From Nitrososphaeraceae archaeon (GTDB lineage Archaea > Thermoproteota > Nitrososphaeria > Nitrososphaerales > Nitrososphaeraceae), in NCBI GenBank assembly GCA_035250975.1, contig DATFEP010000045.1, positions 1-40,603 of the forward strand: DNA of 40,603 bases, read 5' to 3'. Of the stretch, positions 1 through 7,866 are shown one piece after another. Numbering within the stretch: the stretch's first letter is position 1; each line of letters opens with the position of its first letter. Both the position numbers and the translations under genes were made by a program. The notes beneath the pieces were generated by a model, which did no database searches, was not told the origin of the DNA, and saw only the letters and a list, made by a program, of their open reading frames with translations.

Positions 1-818
1 GATACAAATAACCATGAATTAGGATTATCCCTAAATGGATGATTCAAGATCCATTCTTTAATAAATGGAATGGATGAAAATAATGGTATTATTCTGGATC
101 CTGTTTTTCCATTTATTTGAACTTCAGCATATTGTCTTCGATCCTTAGCAAATTTAAATTTAATATCTCCAATTCTTAAATTCAATATCTCGTGTGGTCT
201 TGCAGACATATCATTAGCCATGGCATGATAGCACCTATCCCTGCTAGATGGACAGTATTTCAAAAATATTGAGTTTTGTTCTTCTGCCCATAGATCTGAT
301 GCTTTATAAGCAGATTTCTCTTTTCTAGGAAGTTGTTTTACACCTTGCATACAAGTAGGAGTTTGTCTATTTCTTGGATCTTCATTTTGGTGATATAACC
401 ATTTAAAAAATTTTAGAAAGAGAAGTTGTCTATTATTCCATGTACCTATACTTTTATGCATTGGATCAATGGATTCAGGTTTTCTTGAACTGTTTAGGTA
501 ACTTAATATCTCTTCCTTGGTAATTGATTTAAATGATTTATTCTTTAGATATTTACATAATAACACAAGAATTTTTATTTTCCATTCTTTTGTAGATTCT
601 TTAATATTAATTTCATTTTGTTCATTTATTATAAAATTGCAAATAATATCTGCATTTTCAGGATTATTTTTAGAAAGTTCAATCAAGATTTTTTTGATAT
701 ACTGTGTTTGATATTTTGTTATAGAATAGATTTTATTTTCCAAATCAGAATAACTCTCAATGTTTAGATTTCTTCTTTCTTTTTCATTAAAAGTTCTAGA
801 TAAGTTTAAGTTACTCAA
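1..818 (-). CDS. Tyrosine recombinase/integrase, runs off the window start
   Basis: Not in the ORF track. Manual translation from TTG at 818: LSNLNLSRTF...LENKIYSITK...NPENADIICNFIINEQNEINIKESTKEWKIKIL...FLKFFKWLY...IFLKYCPSSRDRCYHAMANDMSARPHEILNLRIGDIKF...NGKTGSRIIPL...WLFV. Contains the box I Arg (SARPHE) and catalytic Lys (GKTG); open to position 1. Start codon uncertain. Confidence 0.92.
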   Translation of the reverse strand, partial: MSNLNLSRTFNEKERRNLNIESYSDLENKIYSITKYQTQYIKKILIELSKNNPENADIICNFIINEQNEINIKESTKEWKIKILVLLCKYLKNKSFKSITKEEILSYLNSSRKPESIDPMHKSIGTWNNRQLLFLKFFKWLYHQNEDPRNRQTPTCMQGVKQLPRKEKSAYKASDLWAEEQNSIFLKYCPSSRDRCYHAMANDMSARPHEILNLRIGDIKFKFAKDRRQYAEVQINGKTGSRIIPLFSSIPFIKEWILNHPFRDNPNSWLFV

Positions 819-891
819 ATGACCTGATTTATAATATTATAAACTTGTAATATAAACATTATGTAGGACTACTGGAGTACACGTATTGTAG

Positions 892-910
892 TCGAGTCCC
901 ACTCCCGGCG
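892..910 (+). repeat. tRNA 3'-end remnant (Ser-like), probable att site
   Basis: TCGAGTCCCACTCCCGGCG = T-loop, 3' T-stem, 3' acceptor strand and G discriminator, as in archaeal tRNA-Ser (GCCGGG...CCCGGCG). No 5' half upstream. GC-rich island in AT-rich DNA between two integrase sequences. Confidence 0.7.
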
Positions 911-918
911 CTTCAGAT

Positions 919-1176
919 GTGGGTTCTAAAACAAGGATTAAAGATAAGAAGACGCAATTAGTTTTTAGAGACAACAAACAAGACATGACTTTGAAAGAAC
1001 AAACGAAAATTCATTCTTCTACAGATATAGAATTAGAAGATTTGGATAGAAAGATAGATTCTATTACAAAGTTATTGTCTAGACCATATTTTAACAAAGA
1101 TATTAAAGTAATTATCCAAAAGAAATATCAAATTATGCTAGAAGCTCAAAATAAATGGCATACAAAAGTAAAATAA
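919..1176 (+). pseudogene. N-terminal fragment of the same integrase family
   Basis: ELEDLDRKIDSITKLLSRPYFNK aligns with DLENKIYSITKYQTQYIKK (1-818) and ELEKKFYLITKGASTLAFFNS (39432-); similarity is then lost and the frame closes. Confidence 0.65.
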
Positions 1177-1294
1177 TAAAATTTATACTATTTTTTGAAC
1201 TATTTATTGAGATTTATAGATAAGCATTCAAAAATAAAATTAGAACACTATTAGCAACATAAAATTGGTGAATGAATATTTTAATAGTTGATAT

Positions 1295-1342
1295 TAGAAC
1301 CCACATTGTGATGAATAAAGGTTCGAGTTCCATCTCTCTCCA
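1295..1342 (+). repeat. att-like repeat copy A: constant arm plus tRNA T-loop/3' end
   Basis: TAGAACCCACATTGTGATGAATAAAGGTTCGAGT (1295-1328) equals 2755-2787 except for one inserted G; followed by TCCATCTCTCTCCA, resembling the tRNA-Val 3' end at 39346-39367. Confidence 0.75.
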
Positions 1343-1591
1343 AATCTTGTGAATTTGAAGACTGATATATTCATACTCTGTCCTTCTACATTCATATTCG
1401 TGGTTGCTCCTAGAACGGAGGGAATATCTTCTAATATTCAAATACATTACTATTATATCATTACCAATGAATTTTATACAATTTTTGTTCTATTCAATAG
1501 TTATCACTGTTACAAAAGATATCTTCAAATACGGCATTTACTATAGGTACAACACAATAAAATTTGCTGTATAGATATCAATTCTTTCTAA

Positions 1592-1957
1592 TTGAAAGAA
1601 GAGGCAGAGAGGAACAATAAATTAATGCCAGTATTACCTGAAACCAACAATAGTTTCAATGACGAATTTGCCATATCCGAAATTAAAAATAACAACGTGG
1701 AGGAGGGTATAGAATGTTTTACTCACTGGCTATCAATAAGAGACGGAAATTGTAGTGAAGATAACAGAAGGAATATACACTTAACTCTGACCACAATTGG
1801 AAAAGACAAAAACAAAATATTACTTCATGATAACCTCAACAATTTAGATATTGAGGTTGTTTTTACTGATGGTGTCCCATTGTGTACATTATGTCACACA
1901 GATGATTGCGTGCATACAGGTTTTGCCATATGTGCAAAACTAAGTCTTTTTGGTTAA
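1592..1957 (+). CDS. Hypothetical protein with C-terminal Cys/His metal-binding motif
   Basis: 121 aa ORF ending in CTLCHTDDCVHTGFAIC (CxxCxxxxCxH, SWIM-like zinc ligand pattern). Confidence 0.6.
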   Translation: MKEEAERNNKLMPVLPETNNSFNDEFAISEIKNNNVEEGIECFTHWLSIRDGNCSEDNRRNIHLTLTTIGKDKNKILLHDNLNNLDIEVVFTDGVPLCTLCHTDDCVHTGFAICAKLSLFG

Positions 1958-2007
1958 ATAAATATTATCTCTTACTAGCAACTAAAAAATTAAATTAACA
2001 TTATTGT

Positions 2008-2208
2008 TTAGATTGATTCATTTATAATAATATCATTATCTTCATCATAATAATCATCAAGGTTAATAACTAATCGATTTAACTTGATAAATTTTAATAA
2101 ATCTTCATGATCTTCTATATTATAATATTTTTTTATATTTTCCAAGGTTTGATCATCATAAATCTTGGCCTTTTTTCCCTTGTCTTTTAATTCTTCATTT
2201 TCTCTCAT
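2008..2208 (-). CDS. Small charged hypothetical protein
   Basis: 66 aa, ATG start, protein-like composition, convergent with 1592-1957; no recognised motif. Confidence 0.45.
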   Translation of the reverse strand: MRENEELKDKGKKAKIYDDQTLENIKKYYNIEDHEDLLKFIKLNRLVINLDDYYDEDNDIIINESI

Positions 2209-2620
2209 ATAAATTATTTTTCCAAATCATGTTACTTAAGTGTTTAAAAATGTTATTCATTTTTTAGACAAACTATAATCTATAATATCTTATACTCAAA
2301 CATGTAATATTCATAAACAGATCTTAATCCACAACAATAATAATACAATTGTGTTTGTTCTTATTCCTTGTACTTTATTTTACTAGCACAAGTAGGTTGG
2401 TATATAGTTTCTTTTTTCCATAACCCCCTATTGTAATAAATCAAGATATACACATGGAGGAAATTTACTTAAGTTCAATATTTCTTGATAAATAATTTTA
2501 GCATATAATTTTTCTTAAAGGTTAAATGATTCAATACGAAATTTCGTGTTCCAAAGAAGTCTAAACATGAGGTTGACATGATTGATAATAGTAAATAAAT
2601 GGATAAATAATCAATAAGTT

Positions 2621-2678
2621 AATTTTGTAACGAAATTGATAAATGTACAGGATTAGGATTGTATATTTCAAAAAAATT
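2621..2678 (+). pseudogene. Histidine kinase HATPase G2-box DNA remnant
   Basis: 2645-2669 GTACAGGATTAGGATTGTATATTTC is identical to 9553-9577 (GTGLGLYIS); flanks also align with the KFATKSDK and KNII codons. Confidence 0.75.
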
Positions 2679-2754
2679 GTTATAACTTTTTCCTTTCTTA
2701 GCTAATTATTTAGAACAATTTTGAAATTCTATTAACATTTTAATACTGGATTTA

Positions 2755-2802
2755 TAGAACCCACATTTGATGAATAAAGGTTCGAGTCGTACTCCCGATG
2801 CT
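2755..2802 (+). repeat. att-like repeat copy B: constant arm plus degenerate tRNA-Ser-like 3' end
   Basis: TAGAACCCACATTTGATGAATAAAGGTTCGAGTCGTACTCCCGATGCT; first 33 nt match copy A, last 21 nt match 892-912 at 17/21. Confidence 0.75.
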
Positions 2803-3044
2803 CAACTTGTGCAGTCTATTAATTATAAACCAAATTTACTAAATCAATTAAAATTGTAATTCTCTAAATTTACTACTATAATAGTTGGGAGAGTTATACA
2901 CTGATATTAATCTATCAAGAACTATACAATGACAGATATTGCTAAAAACTGGTTAGTAGTTGGTTGATTCGTTCTCGAAACTGTAACTATTCAGTACAAT
3001 TGATAACCCATTTTTTATATGATTAACTATCAATCATATTTACA

Positions 3045-3509
3045 ATGAAACAAGATATAACAACACAAAAGGAAAAACTTTCCAATATTCTACTAGTTCT
3101 CTTTATTGTATTAATGGTTCCAAATATAGTAGTTTATGCATACAATGCCATTCATGAATATCAAGAATCAGAAGAATCAAAGACAGAAGGATTAATAGAA
3201 AAATCAGCGGAACAGAGAGCGGAGTTTGTATTGTTTGCAGGTATTGCAACTATATATGCAATATCTACGTTTTTTGTAGTACGCTATAGAAATCATACAT
3301 TACCTTATTACATGATCTTATTCACAACAGTAGTTATTGCCGTGATTTATTACATATCAAAGACAACCGGTGTATGGATACCCGATGGATTTGATAACTG
3401 GATTATTGATAATACTGTTAACTGGAAAGATGCTGTAACAAAAATAAGTCAACAGGCATTTGTAATACCATTATCGATGTTATTGATGTATATTAAGATG
3501 AGAAAATAA
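3045..3509 (+). CDS. Hypothetical integral membrane protein (about 4 TM)
   Basis: 154 aa, four hydrophobic segments, acidic loop after TM1; TTTTATAT box about 25 nt upstream; T-rich tract after the stop. Confidence 0.75.
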   Translation: MKQDITTQKEKLSNILLVLFIVLMVPNIVVYAYNAIHEYQESEESKTEGLIEKSAEQRAEFVLFAGIATIYAISTFFVVRYRNHTLPYYMILFTTVVIAVIYYISKTTGVWIPDGFDNWIIDNTVNWKDAVTKISQQAFVIPLSMLLMYIKMRK

Positions 3510-3560
3510 TAATTTTTTCATTTTTCAAATAAATACTTTTATTTTTTTATTTTTCTAGTA

Positions 3561-3743
3561 TTAACACCCTGGAGAAACAAGAAAACCATATTTTGCACAT
3601 AGTTGACTCAAATCATTTGTAATGTCATGAACTAAGTAATCGTATACTGATATTATTGCTAATGTCAACACAAACACTATAATCAATGCCATGACGATTA
3701 ATGTACCATAGCTTTTGATTTTATTTTTTTGTTCCGCGTACAT
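3561..3743 (-). CDS. Small single-TM hypothetical protein
   Basis: 60 aa, basic N-terminus then one TM helix, two Cys near the C-terminus. Confidence 0.5.
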   Translation of the reverse strand: MYAEQKNKIKSYGTLIVMALIIVFVLTLAIISVYDYLVHDITNDLSQLCAKYGFLVSPGC

Positions 3744-3927
3744 TTATTTTTATGAAATATACTATACGATTATTCTATTTCTAAATGTGGAGTATATTAT
3801 TTATAATTATAAACTAAATTTTTAATAAATTTTGGAATAATTAAAAAAATCTAATAATTCATTTCATTACGTTAACTTAACGATAGAAACTTTAAAGAGA
3901 GATATAACATTATTAGAAACAACACAT

Positions 3928-4218
3928 ATGAGATTTATAGTTAGAGCACAGATACCAACAGAAGCAGGTAATAAGATGGTAAAAAATCCAAAATTCTTAC
4001 AAGAACTTGAGAACTACATACAGAAGGTGAAGGCAGAAGCAGCATATTTCTTTGAAGCAGGTGGTGATAGAACCTTTGCATTTATCATTAACATCGAAAG
4101 TGCTGATATGATACCATCGATAGCAGAACCCTTATTTCAGGATGTAGGAGCCAAAGTTGAATTTCATCCAGTAATGGTATTTGAAGATCTAAAAAAGGCT
4201 AATGAACATTTGAATTAG
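3928..4218 (+). CDS. DUF3303/GYD-like small alpha+beta protein
   Basis: MRFIVRAQIPTEAGN...KAEAAYFFEAGGDRT...IPSIAEPLF...AKVEFHPVMVFEDL is the pattern of this widespread ~95 aa family. Confidence 0.75.
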   Translation: MRFIVRAQIPTEAGNKMVKNPKFLQELENYIQKVKAEAAYFFEAGGDRTFAFIINIESADMIPSIAEPLFQDVGAKVEFHPVMVFEDLKKANEHLN

Positions 4219-4260
4219 AATTGGGTTATAAGTATCAATACAAAAGACATTTGTAACACT

Positions 4261-4458
4261 ATATTTTATGACAAGAATGATATAATAACTACTGAAACTG
4301 TCTATACCACATATTCTGATTTGGAACCAAACCAGAAATCTCCTTTTGAAATTATGTTATTGGCTGATGAAGGAAAGAAGATATAATGTTATTCTGTAAA
4401 TGTGGAAAGTAATGAATATTCAATGACAATGGAAAATCCAATCAGCGCACAATTTTAA
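4261..4458 (+). pseudogene. FxLYD-domain protein C-terminal remnant
   Basis: Reads IFYDKNDIITTETVYTTYSDLEPNQKSPFEIMLLADEGKKI*CYSVNVES...; FYD and LEPNQKSPFEI match FxLYD domains; in-frame TAA at 4384-4386; no start. Confidence 0.65.
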
Positions 4459-4706
4459 TTTATTTTTCTTTTTTTAGAGATTTCATTTAGGTTTTTAAAC
4501 CAAGATCCATTTTGTTGTTCTTCATTTGATTTTACCTTGTTTTACAGTTTTTTATTAATTAATAATTTGAGCAATTTATTTTTATATGTTGAATATTTTT
4601 TTAGATATTATGTATCTTGTTTTGGATCCTCTTTAAATATTTCTTGAAAGTTGTTTACATCTATTTTTCAATATATTTATTAATTTTTTTGAGAGTAGCA
4701 TATCAA

Positions 4707-5243
4707 ATGAAAGTTCTATATTCTATTTTAGTAGTGGTAGCGACAACAATGATAGTGCCTTTATTGATGTTTTCTTCCACAGATGATGAGGTAGTATATG
4801 CACAGCAAGAGGAAAATCAAACTGATTTTATTGATATACAAGAAAGGATGAATCTAACTTTGGGTAAGCCTATATATACAGAAATATTTACAGTGCCAAA
4901 ATCTCAAGATGATAATTTAACTAGTTCTGTATATTCATTTTCAGGTAATGGAACTCTAAAAGGTATGAAAGTATCAGCTACAGGAAATGGTCTTATGATA
5001 CCAAGAGCAGATGGTACTAGTTCCATTACTGACGGTAGAGCACTTTTTACTTCTGAAAATGGTAGGGCAAGTTATTCTTTTGGAGCAATAATAGACATTG
5101 AAGATAATGTAACAAGACATCTAGGTGCAGCATTCTTTGATACAAATGCAACAGGAAATCTGGAATTTCTCAAGAGTATTGTAGGGGTTTATAAAGCATT
5201 AATAGGTGAAAAAGGAATATTTGTCATGTGGCAGTTAAAATAA
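4707..5243 (+). CDS. Secreted hypothetical protein, beta-rich
   Basis: ORF 4617-5243; ATG at 4707 gives a signal peptide (MKVLYSILVVVATT...VYAQ). Gly-rich beta strands and NATGNLEFLKSIVGVYK resemble a family expanded in Nitrososphaeraceae (from memory, unverified). Confidence 0.75.
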   Translation: MKVLYSILVVVATTMIVPLLMFSSTDDEVVYAQQEENQTDFIDIQERMNLTLGKPIYTEIFTVPKSQDDNLTSSVYSFSGNGTLKGMKVSATGNGLMIPRADGTSSITDGRALFTSENGRASYSFGAIIDIEDNVTRHLGAAFFDTNATGNLEFLKSIVGVYKALIGEKGIFVMWQLK

Positions 5244-5713
5244 AGTTAGAAATGTTAAAAGTCAAAAAAAACCCTGGACTAATGCTTCTAGGTTCGAGTC
5301 TTATTGATTGCTATAAATTGATTTTCGTATTTAAAATTTTTTCAATTATGTTCTCTTTTTCTTCATTTATTTGATCTTTTAATAGACCCCAGTTTTCTTC
5401 CCAATAAATTATCTCTTTAGTATTATTAAAGAAGATATTCTATTTTAAAATATTTCAAGTACTTAAGTTTATATCATTGGACAAATTTGTTTCAATTTTT
5501 ATAAAAAATCTCATTGTTAATAAAAAAATATGAAGAAAAATTAGACTTACATATAATCATTGATAAATCTTTAATAATATCATCATTACTTTATTTCATA
5601 AAAGTATTTAATATAAACTAGAAAAAAATACATTTATTTCCAGTGGTCCATACTCGTATTATCATACAATATAAATGGATAAAAATTATAATCATCATTG
5701 ATTTTCTTGTTTT

Positions 5714-5970
5714 ATGATAGATGGTATTGGAGGAATAGTAGTATTTGTTTCAAATCAAGTCAAGGCTATAGAATTTTATACTTAAAAACTTGAATATAAA
5801 GAGTATCCGACTTTTGCTGTATATCTTTCTTTATTACTGGAAATGAATGTCAGTCCTATACAGAAGTGGAGGATAATTTACAATCTGGGTATAGTATACA
5901 AACAACCCAACCTTGAACTGGAAAAAGGTGTTGATATGGAGAGAGGAAAAATGTAATTAACAGATACTAG
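5714..5970 (+). pseudogene. VOC/glyoxalase family pseudogene
   Basis: MIDGIGGIVVFVSNQVKAIEFYT*KLEY from ATG 5714 is the VOC N-terminal motif with TAA at 5783-5785; a KGVD-like remnant lies near 5925-5935. End approximate. Confidence 0.65.
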
Positions 5971-6067
5971 AAAGTAGTCACACCAACAGAGGATGAAAGA
6001 CCGGTTGTAACAATCACTGGTTCAAACCATATATTAGCAGATCCAACTTTTTTTATAACTCCATATA

Positions 6068-6712
6068 TTGAAAATAACAGGTTATCGAATGGATTTAGAC
6101 AATGGAATTGAATATCTCAAGAAAAAAGATGCTATTATGAAAGAGATAATAAATTTGGTTGGCAATTACTGTATTCAGATAAGACCAGATCCTTACCTAG
6201 CACTTGTAGAATCAATAATATATCAACAGCTTACTGGAAGAGCTGCACATTCGATTTATCAAAGATTTGTTAATCATTACAACGATGTTCTTCTTACTCC
6301 TGAAAAAGTATTATCAACATCTAATGAAACAATGAAATCATTTGGTTTATCGAACAAAAAAATAGAGTATATTAAATTACTTTCTAAAGATATAACAGAG
6401 AAAAACTTGAATCTGCAATCAGTGTCCACATTAGATGATGAGAAAATTATTAATCAGCTTACAAAGATGAAAGGTATTGGTAGGTGGACTGCAGACATGT
6501 TTTTAATATTTTGTCTTGGAAGAAAAGATGTATTTCCGATCCATGATCTTGGTATGAAAAAGGCTATGCAAAAATGGTACTTAAAATCAACTATACAATT
6601 TCCTCCTACAAAACAAAAAATGCTAGAAATATCGCAAGTATGGAAACCGTATAGGAGCATTGCAACGTGGTATTTATGGAAATCGCTTTCAAAATTCGAC
6701 ACAATAGGATAA
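6068..6712 (+). CDS. alkA: DNA-3-methyladenine glycosylase II (AlkA family, HhH-GPD)
   Basis: ALVESIIYQQL, HhH LTKMKGIGRWTADMFLIF, FPIHDLG, WKPYRSIATWYLW. True start may be ATG at 6089. Confidence 0.93.
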   Translation: MKITGYRMDLDNGIEYLKKKDAIMKEIINLVGNYCIQIRPDPYLALVESIIYQQLTGRAAHSIYQRFVNHYNDVLLTPEKVLSTSNETMKSFGLSNKKIEYIKLLSKDITEKNLNLQSVSTLDDEKIINQLTKMKGIGRWTADMFLIFCLGRKDVFPIHDLGMKKAMQKWYLKSTIQFPPTKQKMLEISQVWKPYRSIATWYLWKSLSKFDTIG

Positions 6713-6783
6713 ATAAAAAAATACAAAATTAATTGCGTGCAATGTTAATAAAGAATATTGTTGTTTGACTAGTAATAATATAT

Positions 6784-7866
6784 ATGTATAACAGGCTTAC
6801 CATAGTTTTAATTTCAGGGATACTTGTTATATCTATAGGATTTTTTACAGTATTTCATTTTGTTTATGGCATTACTGATGCTGATAATATTACTAAGTCA
6901 TTAAGCATTTCTTCATTAAATGTAACAACCAATATCTCGGATTCAAAGCTAAAAATTGCTTTATTAACCGATGGCTTATTTAGTGATGCAGGATGGGCAG
7001 CTTTTGGGTATAACTCGGTACAACTATTAAATTTGAGATATGGTCATGAAATAGATTTTAAAGAAAATGTTGATATTCCTAATATAGAAATGACTTTGAG
7101 AGATTATGCAAGTAAAAATTATGATTTGATTATATCCCATGGATTTGAATGGGGGAATCCCACAATTAAGGTTGCCAAAGACTATCCTGATACAAAATTT
7201 ATAGTTTTTACAGGACTAGTTAACTCTTCGAATGTTGCATCCATTTTTCCAATGCAGCAAGAAGGAACATATTTGTTAGGAGAATTAGCAGCAATGATGT
7301 CAAAGACGAAAGTAATTGGTTTTATAGGTGGAGAAAAATATCCAAATATAATAAATATATATGAAGGCTATAAGAGAGGAGCCGCTGATGTTGATCCTAA
7401 TATCACAGTACTTGATATCTATTTAGACGACTGGGACAATCCAATTAAAGGGAAAAAATCAGCAAATGATTTAATAGACAAAGGAGCAGATTTTTTATTG
7501 CAAGTAGCAGACACATCTGGTCTTGGAGTTATTGAAGCCGCTAAGACACGAGGAATATATGTATTTGGAGCGGTATCGGATCAAAACAAATTGGCTCCCA
7601 ACAATGTTCTTAGTTCATTTATTTTAGATGTGGAAAAATCGTTAGATAGTATTATTAATATGGTCCAATATGGAAATTTTTCTGGACAAATATTCAAACC
7701 TGGTTTGGAGATGAACAAAGGAGCAGCAGGTGATGGTATTGTCTATATATCCCCATTTCATAGTTTAGATAAGACTGTTCCTGAAAATGTAAAAACTAGA
7801 TTACAAGAATTAAAAGAAGATATAATTGATGGAAAAATCGTAGTACCTGAAATATTAAAACATTGA
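6784..7866 (+). CDS. BMP/PnrA-family substrate-binding protein, N-terminally anchored
   Basis: N-terminal TM; FSDAGW, YDLIISHGFEW, VAKDYPDTKF, YLLGELAAMMSKTKVIGFIGG, GVIEAAK, DQNKLAP motifs. Confidence 0.9.
   Translation: MYNRLTIVLISGILVISIGFFTVFHFVYGITDADNITKSLSISSLNVTTNISDSKLKIALLTDGLFSDAGWAAFGYNSVQLLNLRYGHEIDFKENVDIPNIEMTLRDYASKNYDLIISHGFEWGNPTIKVAKDYPDTKFIVFTGLVNSSNVASIFPMQQEGTYLLGELAAMMSKTKVIGFIGGEKYPNIINIYEGYKRGAADVDPNITVLDIYLDDWDNPIKGKKSANDLIDKGADFLLQVADTSGLGVIEAAKTRGIYVFGAVSDQNKLAPNNVLSSFILDVEKSLDSIINMVQYGNFSGQIFKPGLEMNKGAAGDGIVYISPFHSLDKTVPENVKTRLQELKEDIIDGKIVVPEILKH

Noticed and set aside
828-843. Perfect palindrome TTTATAATATTATAAA
   Set aside because: A/T only; adequately explained as the TATA region of the integrase promoter.
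860-912. Complete tRNA gene
   Set aside because: Only the T-loop and 3' strands are present; the upstream GACTAC/GTAGTC hairpin does not form a cloverleaf.
517-1546. ORFs 517-711, 1214-1447 and 1349-1546
   Set aside because: Antisense to the integrase or overlapping the att-like repeat, with no protein motifs.
5633-5646. TTTATTTCCAGTGG as a mini-ORB
   Set aside because: Isolated, lacks a G-string and is far from cdc6.
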